Of a DNA stretch of 32,000 nucleotides, positions 16,018 through 23,760 are shown in pieces. The first letter of the stretch is position 1. Every line of letters begins with the position of its first letter. The position numbers and the translations under genes were made by a program. The stretch is from the NCBI RefSeq assembly GCF_000007225.1, contig NC_003364.1, positions 1,530,001-1,562,000 of the forward strand, read 5' to 3'. The stretch comes from Pyrobaculum aerophilum str. IM2 (GTDB taxonomy: Archaea; Thermoproteota; Thermoprotei; Thermoproteales; Thermoproteaceae). The notes below the pieces were generated by a model, which was not told the DNA's origin, ran no database searches, and saw only the letters and a list, made by a program, of their open reading frames with translations.

Positions 16018-17262
16018 ATGGAAGTTCGTGTAAAAAGGCCCCTTACAGTAGATGAATATGCAAAAGAGGGAATGGAGATGTTAAAATACTATGAGTCCGG
16101 CCCCTGGCCTAGCCACGTGGCGGAGCTGAAGAAGAGCAAATACCCCATTGAGGCATACGCCGCGGGGCTTGCCGCCAGGAAGACCATGTGGGCGGCCGGG
16201 TCGGCGAAAATAAGATATGTATACACTGGGTTTATCGCCCGCAGGACTCGCGACGGGAAAATAGCCGAGCTCCACTTCCGCGTATGGCAACCGTCAGGAT
16301 ATCTCTACAGCACTGAGAAGCTGAGAAAACTAGTGGACTTCGCCGATAAATACGGCCTTGGGCTAATAGAACTGGCGGGACAACAGGGACAGATGATAAT
16401 ATCCGTGAGGCCCGAGGTGGCCGATGAGGCAGTGGATTATTTGAGAAACGTAGTTGGTACAGATATCGGCGCCACTGGGGACACCATTAGAGAGCTGGCC
16501 GCGTGCGTGGGGCCCGCCCTCTGCGAGTTCGCCCTGTACAACACCTTGGAGGCCAGGGACAAGTTCTTGACCCATCCCAAGATATACGAGTGGATGTCCA
16601 ACCAGCTGTTTCCCTTTAAGTTCAAGGCGAAGTTCTCCGGCTGTCCCTTCGACTGCACCAGGGCTGTTCATCGCGCTGATTTTGGTTTTATTGGCGTTTG
16701 GGAGGGCGCTCCTGAGGTGGATCAAGAGCTTTTGAGGAGGAAGATTGAGGCTGGGGAGGTGGACCCGGCCAAGCTGGCAGCTAATTGCCCAAGCGGGGCA
16801 ATTACATGGGACGGTAAGGAGTTGAAAATAGACGGCAGTAGGTGTAAAAAATCCATGCACTGCATAAGAGCGGCGTTCCCAGCAATAAAACCGGGGAAGA
16901 AGGTGAAAATAGCCGTAGTCGTCGGCGGGCATGTAAAGGGCAGATTCGGCGGCAAAATGGGCAAGCCGTTGGCAGTTGTTAACTCAGTGGAGGAGGCCAT
17001 GGACTGGGTGGTAAAGACTGTGGAGAGCTGGATGGAGTACATGGAAAAGGGCGTGGTGAAGCATAAAGACAGAATTGGCGACTTTATTATGAAGGTCGGG
17101 TTTAAGAAATACCTCACGGAAATCCTCGGCATAAATGAGGAGAGGAAGCCCACTCTACACCCGTCGTTGAGAGCAGGCGCGGTGCTAGACGACGAGGAGA
17201 GGACAATGTGGGCTAATTGGGCCGGCAAGATAGTAGAGGAGTACTTCGGGAAGAGGCCATGA
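16018..17262 (+). CDS. dsrA: Dissimilatory sulfite reductase alpha subunit, copy 2
   Basis: Same Cys motifs as copy 1. The N-terminal ~200 aa are strongly diverged from copy 1, and the C-terminal ~216 codons are identical to it. Confidence 0.9.
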   Translation: MEVRVKRPLTVDEYAKEGMEMLKYYESGPWPSHVAELKKSKYPIEAYAAGLAARKTMWAAGSAKIRYVYTGFIARRTRDGKIAELHFRVWQPSGYLYSTEKLRKLVDFADKYGLGLIELAGQQGQMIISVRPEVADEAVDYLRNVVGTDIGATGDTIRELAACVGPALCEFALYNTLEARDKFLTHPKIYEWMSNQLFPFKFKAKFSGCPFDCTRAVHRADFGFIGVWEGAPEVDQELLRRKIEAGEVDPAKLAANCPSGAITWDGKELKIDGSRCKKSMHCIRAAFPAIKPGKKVKIAVVVGGHVKGRFGGKMGKPLAVVNSVEEAMDWVVKTVESWMEYMEKGVVKHKDRIGDFIMKVGFKKYLTEILGINEERKPTLHPSLRAGAVLDDEERTMWANWAGKIVEEYFGKRP

Positions 17263-17626
17263 CCGCCGACCCCGTCGCGCAGAGGCTTCAGAAGAGGTTG
17301 CCAGTTCCTTACACTGAGTGGTTGCCCGAGTTAATAAGGCGCAATGTGGGCAAGTGGGTGGACAGGAAGTTCCACGGCTACGGCATTATTGAACCCATAT
17401 CCTCAACTGGGGATAGGGTGTTCACCGTAAAGGTGGGCACTCCGCCGAATTTCAGAATGAGCACGGAGACTTTGAGAAAATTTATAGATATTGCAGATAA
17501 GCTGGGCATCGGCGGTATAAAAATCACCCGCAACGGCAATTTGGAAATTCTCACCGACTCTCTAGACAAGGCGTTGAAGATAAAAGAAGAGGTGGAGAAA
17601 ATGGGCTTCCCAGTGGGAGGGTGGGG
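16611..17626. repeat. Right arm of the 1016-bp inverted repeat
   Basis: Reverse complement of 3598-4613. A further identical 32-nt patch at 17643-17674 follows a 16-nt divergent gap. Confidence 0.9.
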
Positions 17627-18374
17627 GCCTACTCTGTGGTCTATAAATTCGTGTACTGCATTTCTCACGTGTACCACGGCGGTTGTAGACGCGCCGAGTA
17701 TTACTAAAGTGCTGTACGACCACTTAAAGCCCTACTTCACCGGAGAGGTGAAACTGCCGGCTAAGTTGAGGATTAACGTGTCGGGATGCCCCAGCTCTTG
17801 CGGAGGCTTTACCTCTGATATAAATATCGTCGGCCACTACGGAGACGCGCCGACTTACGACCCAGAGCGCGTCAAGTTATGTCTGCCTAAGTCGGCTAAG
17901 GCGCTTGAGATGGGCCACGTGCCCGAGGTGGCTGAGGTCTGCCCCACCGGCGCAATTAAAGTATACGGCAAGCCTGACGGCACCGTAGGCTTAGACGTCA
18001 TTAGGAGCAAATGCATTGCCTGCGGCCGTTGCCGCGACGTCTGCGACTGGATTGATTTCGACGAGTCTAAAGCCGGCGTGGCTATTTTAGTAGGCGGAAA
18101 GGCCAGCAACACTGGCCGCGGCCCCATGCCCTCTATACAAGTAATACCGTGGGTGCCCGCCATACCGCCTGAATATAGAGAGATCGTGGCCGTTGTGAAG
18201 ATAATTATAGACGTCTGGAGGACAAACGCCAGAGAGGGCGAACGTATCGGCGACTGGATAGCCCGGATTGGAATGGAGCAGTTCTACAAGCTCTTAGACA
18301 TACCTGTGACTAAGTGGAACAAGCCTGTAACGCTGGCCGGGGAATTCGGGATAAGACAGTTCGGCCCTATTTAA
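17259..18374 (+). CDS. dsrB: Dissimilatory sulfite reductase beta subunit, copy 2
   Basis: ATGA overlap with dsrA. The first ~122 codons are identical to copy 1 and then diverge (GCPSSC, CIACGRCRDVC). Confidence 0.9.
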   Translation: MTADPVAQRLQKRLPVPYTEWLPELIRRNVGKWVDRKFHGYGIIEPISSTGDRVFTVKVGTPPNFRMSTETLRKFIDIADKLGIGGIKITRNGNLEILTDSLDKALKIKEEVEKMGFPVGGWGPTLWSINSCTAFLTCTTAVVDAPSITKVLYDHLKPYFTGEVKLPAKLRINVSGCPSSCGGFTSDINIVGHYGDAPTYDPERVKLCLPKSAKALEMGHVPEVAEVCPTGAIKVYGKPDGTVGLDVIRSKCIACGRCRDVCDWIDFDESKAGVAILVGGKASNTGRGPMPSIQVIPWVPAIPPEYREIVAVVKIIIDVWRTNAREGERIGDWIARIGMEQFYKLLDIPVTKWNKPVTLAGEFGIRQFGPI

Positions 18375-18375
18375 A

Positions 18376-18861
18376 GTGAGTATTTACTACATAATTGGAA
18401 ATCTTCTTTTACAACTCCGCTTCCGTTATGGAGTTGAAGAAGTTGACGACAGCGTTGAGCTTGTAAATTTAGTAAAGTCCCAGGAGGAGGGAGTTGAGAA
18501 GACGTATATCTACTCGCCCCCGGGGCGTCCGCGGCCCTATTTAATATCAGCCATGCTGTCCCCTCCATACGTGGCGCTGGCAGTGGCGGATTTAGACGAT
18601 GTGCGGCAGATACACGCCGATATCCCCCTTGAGGACGTTGAGGAGGCCACTACGGTGGTAGTGGACAACTACGCCCCGTTTATAATGCCCTTAAAAAAAG
18701 ACGATGGGGTTATCTACGGAGTGCTGGGGTTTAAGACTGTGGTGGAGTCCGATGTTTTAACCGGCGGGTTCTTTGAAACATTGCTTGAAGACTTCGAGTT
18801 AAACAGCGATAAATACTTTAGTTCAATTGTTAATAAACTCACTGAATTGAAACAAAAATAA
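18376..18861 (+). CDS. Hypothetical protein downstream of dsrB copy 2 (start uncertain)
   Basis: 161-aa ORF starting with GTG 2 nt after the dsrB stop. It is acidic and does not look like DsrD. I recognised no family. Confidence 0.4.
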   Translation: MSIYYIIGNLLLQLRFRYGVEEVDDSVELVNLVKSQEEGVEKTYIYSPPGRPRPYLISAMLSPPYVALAVADLDDVRQIHADIPLEDVEEATTVVVDNYAPFIMPLKKDDGVIYGVLGFKTVVESDVLTGGFFETLLEDFELNSDKYFSSIVNKLTELKQK

Positions 18862-18950
18862 GATAATACCCCTTTTCTGTTCACATATTTATTAATAAAT
18901 CTCCTTATCTATGTGTATATAGATATCTTTAGATATTTGTAAAGTTAAGT

Positions 18951-18984
18951 AAACTTTAAATATATTAAAACTTTAAATATATTA
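18951..18984 (+). repeat. Tandem 17-bp direct repeat (aaactttaaatatatta, two copies) containing TATA-like boxes
   Basis: 18951-18967 equals 18968-18984 exactly. The second copy ends 16 nt before ATG 19001. The palindrome agatatct (18921-18928) lies upstream. Confidence 0.6.
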
Positions 18985-19000
18985 TGTTTCACAATAGATA

Positions 19001-19696
19001 ATGTTGTATTGGCCTAAACTTGACGATTCCGCCAATAACATTGTTGCATATGTAGTGAGCAACGGCCCTGTCACTATGTACCGCGTCGCCAGGGATTTAA
19101 ATCTCCATTTTTCCCATGCGTATAGAAAGTCGAAGAAGCTGGAGGACTCCGGTTTGTTGACCTCTATCGGAGGCCCCAGGGCGAGCCTTTACGACGCCAC
19201 CGTTCGAGGCCTGTTGTATGCCTATGTGGCAAAGCTGGCGAGCCGCGAGATTATATTAAAGAAACTGAGGGTGGTGCTGGGGCTACACCTCTTCTCTCTG
19301 GAAGAGGTGGAGAGCTTTATAAAATTCTTCTTAACAGTGGCGAATAAAGAGGCGCCCGTGGGCAGTCTTGCCACAATGGTCAGTTATATTTTGGACAAAT
19401 GCGGCTCTGATTATACAAGGTGTATGGCCAACCTCGACGAAAGAGACCGGGTTCTCGCCAGCAGGGTCATGGCCTATGGCATAATAAAACTTATTCACAA
19501 CTTCTTCGGCGACTCTCTTGTAGTAGCCGACGAGGGCTATTACGCCATTGTGAAATTAAGTACTAGGCAGCTGCTGGCAGTGCAGTGCAAGCTGTGCGGG
19601 AGGGAGAAATACTGTAGCCTGGATCCGTGTCCCTCGTTGAAAGACATAATTGAGGTAAAGTTGAGAGACGCCTCTAGGCTAGTGCCAGCCTTTTAA
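19001..19696 (+). CDS. Hypothetical protein with an N-terminal winged-helix-like domain (putative regulator)
   Basis: The N-terminus NNIVAYVVSNGPVTMYRVARDLNLHFSHAYRKSKKLEDSGLL resembles an archaeal wHTH. The C-terminus has a CKLCG...C..C cysteine cluster. Confidence 0.5.
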   Translation: MLYWPKLDDSANNIVAYVVSNGPVTMYRVARDLNLHFSHAYRKSKKLEDSGLLTSIGGPRASLYDATVRGLLYAYVAKLASREIILKKLRVVLGLHLFSLEEVESFIKFFLTVANKEAPVGSLATMVSYILDKCGSDYTRCMANLDERDRVLASRVMAYGIIKLIHNFFGDSLVVADEGYYAIVKLSTRQLLAVQCKLCGREKYCSLDPCPSLKDIIEVKLRDASRLVPAF

Positions 19697-20096
19697 TCCA
19701 CTTTTCTAAAATCTCCGCGCTTTCTATAAAATTGACAAGTGGGATGTTGGTTTTACAAACGCACCTCACGGCGCCTCCGTCGTTTTCCAATAGGTACACG
19801 CCGTCTCCGCCGTTTGCCAGCGCTAAGGCGTATTCCCCATCTGCGTAGTACTCTATATAAGGCGGGTGTAGCCGGGGCGGCGTTGCCTTCTCAGTGCAGT
19901 CGGGGAAGCTTGTGGCCTCTAAGGCCCACGCCAGTTCCTCATCTCTTATACAACGGCCTCCTGCGCTTAAGACGTGGCCGAACAGGTATAAGCCGTCCTC
20001 TAGCACAATCCCCTTGTTGGGGACTCTACACGGCTCGCCGTTTTTAATAATAAATTTCTTTAATTCTGAAAACAGCTCTGGCAAGTAAATACTCAC
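19674..20096 (-). CDS. Hypothetical protein, weakly SMI1/KNR4 (SUKH)-like, coupled to tusA
   Basis: The GTG start overlaps the tusA TGA (GTGA). The pattern LPELFSELKKF...NG...GGDGVYLLENDGG...FIESAEILEKWI is reminiscent of SUKH domains. Confidence 0.4.
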   Translation of the reverse strand: MSIYLPELFSELKKFIIKNGEPCRVPNKGIVLEDGLYLFGHVLSAGGRCIRDEELAWALEATSFPDCTEKATPPRLHPPYIEYYADGEYALALANGGDGVYLLENDGGAVRCVCKTNIPLVNFIESAEILEKWIKRLALA

Positions 20097-20320
20097 TTCA
20101 ATCTCTTAACAACTATTTTTAACGTTCCGTCGGGGAGCTTCTCGCTGGAAATCACCTCATGCCCCATTCTCTTAGCCCAGGCCTTGATGTCTGGATCCGC
20201 CGCAGGGTCTGTTGCCAGGACTTCTAAAACATCGCCGATTTCAATCTGGGTTATTGCCTTGGCGGTTTCCATAACTGGCACGGGGCAGAACTTCCCCCTG
20301 ACGTCTAGGACTTTTGGCAT
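20093..20320 (-). CDS. tusA: TusA/SirA-family sulfurtransferase
   Basis: 75 aa. DVRGKFCPVPVMETAKA carries the CPxP active-site motif. Confidence 0.85.
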   Translation of the reverse strand: MPKVLDVRGKFCPVPVMETAKAITQIEIGDVLEVLATDPAADPDIKAWAKRMGHEVISSEKLPDGTLKIVVKRLK

Positions 20321-20444
20321 GGACTCTCCACAGCTCCCCTTTATAAATTTAGTTACTAATTCGCGCGGGAATATCTCTCCTCTTTTATAAGTGCAAAATT
20401 AACACATTTACATAATGTTTATAAAGTAATGTGGTACTGTAGCT

Positions 20445-20696
20445 GTGAGCGAGGCGGTGTTAGACGAGGTCAGGCGAGTGTACGTGCTGGACTTAAGGGG
20501 GTATGTGTGTCCATATCCTCAACTGGCCACTGTGAGGGCTATGCGCAAATTGCCCAAGGGAAGCGTCCTCGAGGTTATTACCGATAATCCCCCTAGTTGT
20601 GAAAACGTGCCGGCCGTAGCTAGGAGAGAGGGGGGCCTTGTGGAGGGGGTTTATGAAGTAGAGCGCGGAGTTTGGAAAATTGTAATTAGGGTATGA
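20445..20696 (+). CDS. TusA-like protein (second copy)
   Basis: 83 aa. [17 protein letters not shown] carries the CPxP motif. GTG start. The stop overlaps the start of the next gene (ATGA). Confidence 0.8.
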   Translation: MSEAVLDEVRRVYVLDLRGYVCPYPQLATVRAMRKLPKGSVLEVITDNPPSCENVPAVARREGGLVEGVYEVERGVWKIVIRV

Positions 20697-22399
20697 ACAG
20701 GCTGGAGAGGTTTAAAGAGAGGGTTAAGCTCTATAGAGAGGCTGGGATTGCCTTGGAGTCCCTCTCTCTGGGCTGTTCGGTGAAGGTGGATTTGTACAAC
20801 GTCTTGTACCCGGCCCTCCAGTTGCTCCGGGAGGAGATGTACAAGCTGAATTTAGTAATCGCCCCCAGGGAAGACGCGGCGATAATGCCTGGGGCTTCCG
20901 CCGCGCTGAGGCGGTATTTCCTAGACGTGGAGAACCCGCGGCTCGACCCGGCGGAAGTGGAGAAGCTGTCGCCCACAGTGGCAATAGTGCTGGCCCAAGT
21001 GTACATGGGCAAGGCCGCGGCGCCCGACCTCTTCGCCAAGTACGTCGCCGGGCTCTACAAGGCGCTTGGGTCCAGTAGACACAAAGTGTGGCTGGGGAAG
21101 GGCCACAGCATTATCAGCACTAAGAAGGGGGCTGAGTTCTTCATGGTGGACTTCCTAAAGGCGGAGGGGCAGGAGGGGTATATAGTGGCTAATAACGACA
21201 CAATACAAGTTATTGACCCCTCTGAGGATTTCGACTCGCCGCTACAAATCGCCGTCGCTGTAAACAACGCTCTTAACGACTTGTTCACAAAAGGGGCGTG
21301 GAAGGATATTCACATAGCCCCCGTATACGACGCGCCGCCGCCTTTTAGAGGGCCTTTAGAGGCGAGGGTGAAGAGCTACGCCTCCAGCCTGGGGAAACTT
21401 GTTGAGGCCCCGCAACCTGAAATGGGTTACCTCCTCCTAGGCGCCACTGCATATGCGAGGCTCGACCGGGAGCCGCCCCTTTTTTACGACAAAATAAGAG
21501 AGGGCTTCGTGGTCGTGGTCACGAGGCCCTTCGGCGAATTGGCCTACTTCACCACCTACGTGGCAGTTCACACCGACGAGACTTTGATGAAAAAATTCGA
21601 GGAGGAAGTGATGCCAATAGAACAGTTTGAGGCCGAGAAGCGCAGGGTGTTAGAAATTATGGCAACGCCGAATTTAGAAGCGGCCAAGGCCATTTACCAA
21701 TACCTCCCCGACTTGGGAGAGCGCTTTGATCCCGAGGCTCACATCGCCGCGACTATTGACGTCTCAGGCCCGGGGATATTTGTATTTAAGGAGGTGGCGG
21801 AAAGGGCAGGCGTCGACATTAGGCTTTTTGACGTCCCGTTGATGTCAAGCGCAGTTTCTAAATTCGCCGCAGATAATTACATAATGCCCGACGCCACCGC
21901 TGGCACTAACGGGGCCATTGCCATATTTGCCAGCAGAAAAGTGGCCGAGGAGCTGGTGGAAAAACTCTCAAAAGCACCCCACGCAAAACCGACAGTAATA
22001 GGCGTAGTTGAGGGGAAGGGGGAGGGCAGATTGATAGTGCCGGAGTGGGCCCTTCAGTACATCTCCAGCAAGAAGCTGAGGGAGAAGCTGGGGGCTGCCT
22101 CCGTCCTCGGGGGGCTTGCCAGAGTGGTCGGGAGGCCTATACGCGCGGTGGCGTATGTAGAAGGGGCTGTGCAAGGCGTCGGCTTCCGCCCAATGGCCCG
22201 GGCGAGGGCCAAGGCCCTTGGCTTGTTGGGATACGCCAAGAATCTCCCAGACGGCAGGGTGGAGGTGGTAGTCGAGGGAGACGAGGAGAGAGTGCGGAAA
22301 TACGTAGAGGAGTTGTGTAAGGGGTTTGAGAACTGCAGAGTGGGCCAAGTGATATACGCGGAGGCAAGGGGCGAGTTCAGCGACTTCTCAATTTTATGA
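20693..22399 (+). CDS. SelD-like (PurM/AIR-synthase-fold) protein fused to a C-terminal acylphosphatase domain
   Basis: N-terminal GCSVK has the same Cys-x-x-Lys spacing as Sel[42 protein letters not shown] and TAGTNGAI follow in SelD order. The last ~90 aa carry both acylphosphatase signatures ([12 protein letters not shown]; [17 protein letters not shown]). Confidence 0.7.
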   Translation: MNRLERFKERVKLYREAGIALESLSLGCSVKVDLYNVLYPALQLLREEMYKLNLVIAPREDAAIMPGASAALRRYFLDVENPRLDPAEVEKLSPTVAIVLAQVYMGKAAAPDLFAKYVAGLYKALGSSRHKVWLGKGHSIISTKKGAEFFMVDFLKAEGQEGYIVANNDTIQVIDPSEDFDSPLQIAVAVNNALNDLFTKGAWKDIHIAPVYDAPPPFRGPLEARVKSYASSLGKLVEAPQPEMGYLLLGATAYARLDREPPLFYDKIREGFVVVVTRPFGELAYFTTYVAVHTDETLMKKFEEEVMPIEQFEAEKRRVLEIMATPNLEAAKAIYQYLPDLGERFDPEAHIAATIDVSGPGIFVFKEVAERAGVDIRLFDVPLMSSAVSKFAADNYIMPDATAGTNGAIAIFASRKVAEELVEKLSKAPHAKPTVIGVVEGKGEGRLIVPEWALQYISSKKLREKLGAASVLGGLARVVGRPIRAVAYVEGAVQGVGFRPMARARAKALGLLGYAKNLPDGRVEVVVEGDEERVRKYVEELCKGFENCRVGQVIYAEARGEFSDFSIL

Positions 22400-22764
22400 A
22401 AATAGGGGTAATAATCGCCTCCGACGATCCCATGAGGCTGTATGTAGCCGCCACGTATATAGCCACTGAGGTGGCCAGGGGGAATGAGGTTGGCGTTTTC
22501 GTCACCGGCAGGGGCGTGGTGCCGTTCTCCAAGGGAGATCTCTCTGACTATCCAGAGGCTGTCAAAATGAGAGAAATGAAGGTGACTTGGCTGGAGATAT
22601 TCAAAGCGGCGAAGCCGCTGGGGGTAAAGGTGGCTGTCTGCGAAACTGCGGCGAAGATATACGGCCTAACTGCCCAGGACTTCCGCCATTTGGAAATTGT
22701 TGACGAAATTTCCTCTATGTATTCATTCCTAGAAGAATATGGGGAAAAAATTGTTACGTTTTAA
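22396..22764 (+). CDS. DsrE/DsrF-like family protein (COG2044-type), second copy
   Basis: 122 aa with [11 protein letters not shown] and the [12 protein letters not shown] Cys motif. ATGA overlap with the SelD-like gene. Confidence 0.7.
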   Translation: MKIGVIIASDDPMRLYVAATYIATEVARGNEVGVFVTGRGVVPFSKGDLSDYPEAVKMREMKVTWLEIFKAAKPLGVKVAVCETAAKIYGLTAQDFRHLEIVDEISSMYSFLEEYGEKIVTF

Positions 22765-22836
22765 GCCTTCTTCTCAGACTCTTTCTTCTTCTCTTCCACT
22801 TTTTTCGGTGGGGCGCACATAGTCACAAATTTATAT

Positions 22837-23193
22837 TTAGAATTTAAATTTTTCGAATAAAGAGGGGCTCACTAACTTGGCGAGGTAATCGCATAAGATG
22901 TCGGCGCATTTGACGCACATCTCGCCTTTGGGATCTGTTAAGCGTTTTTCAAGACAGCGCGCGCACCGCATTACCTCTTCGGGGGGATTTGGCGACAGCT
23001 TTTTCAAAAGGGCCGGTAGCGCCTCTACGCTCGGCGTGGGGCTGTGAGGGGGCCTGCCCAGTAGGCCCAGTATTAAAGAGCGCACGGCCACAAAGGCGTT
23101 GTAACAAGCCCACGGGTGGTCCCCCAGCTCCAGCCCTCTGAGCGCCTCTTTCATGTGTCTATAATGTCTCTCGAGCCACTTGGGGTGAATCAC
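22837..23193 (-). CDS. Hypothetical protein: helical N-terminus (weakly HEPN-like) plus a CxxC...CxxC pair
   Basis: 118 aa with a GTG start. RCARCLEKRLTDPKGEMCVKC looks like a zinc-ribbon-type Cys pattern. Confidence 0.35.
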   Translation of the reverse strand: MIHPKWLERHYRHMKEALRGLELGDHPWACYNAFVAVRSLILGLLGRPPHSPTPSVEALPALLKKLSPNPPEEVMRCARCLEKRLTDPKGEMCVKCADILCDYLAKLVSPSLFEKFKF

Positions 23194-23231
23194 GTGGCGA
23201 ATAAAATTTAACTATATATCACTCTCGCCAC

Positions 23232-23708
23232 ATGCTATTGTCCATGTGTAAAACCGCCTCTATTTTAGACTACCGGCCGGTGGTTTTTCTAGACGGCGAG
23301 GGCTACGTCAGAGTCACCGCCGACAATGGGAGGAGCATAGTGGCCAAGGCGGTGAGGGGGCCGTGTAAAGGGGTGTCTCGGGAAGTCGCTTTCCTCCTAT
23401 ATCCCTATTACGGCTGGGGGAGGATGGAGGTGGCGGCGGAATTCCAAATAGAGCCCGTGGACCCCGTCAGAGCCACGAGAGTTGTCATGAGAGTCCCCTT
23501 CGGCATCAGCGAGGTAGTGGTGAGGAGACAGCTGGAGGGCTATCCCATTTATGAGGGGTCTGTGGCGTTGGAGTACTTAGAACATATTGAATTCGGCGAG
23601 GTGGTGCACGTAGAGCCGTCGCAGTTTTCCGTTCTCACGTCTGAGACTAAGCTTAGGCTTGTGGAAGTCCCAGTGGAGGATTCAGAGATTATATTCTTGC
23701 GCCGTTAG
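23232..23708 (+). CDS. Hypothetical protein
   Basis: 158-aa ORF with coding-like composition. No recognisable motif. Confidence 0.4.
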   Translation: MLLSMCKTASILDYRPVVFLDGEGYVRVTADNGRSIVAKAVRGPCKGVSREVAFLLYPYYGWGRMEVAAEFQIEPVDPVRATRVVMRVPFGISEVVVRRQLEGYPIYEGSVALEYLEHIEFGEVVHVEPSQFSVLTSETKLRLVEVPVEDSEIIFLRR

Positions 23709-23760
23709 TATATATATTATCCACAGGGTGGAAATAATGTTTTTCATAACGTTTTAGTAT

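Noticed and set aside
20724-22367. A cluster of minus-strand and alternative-frame ORFs (20724-21288 and 21968-22367) inside the SelD-like gene.
   Set aside because: They are stop-poor shadow frames in a GC-rich coding region. None has motifs, and the sense frame carries clear domain signatures.
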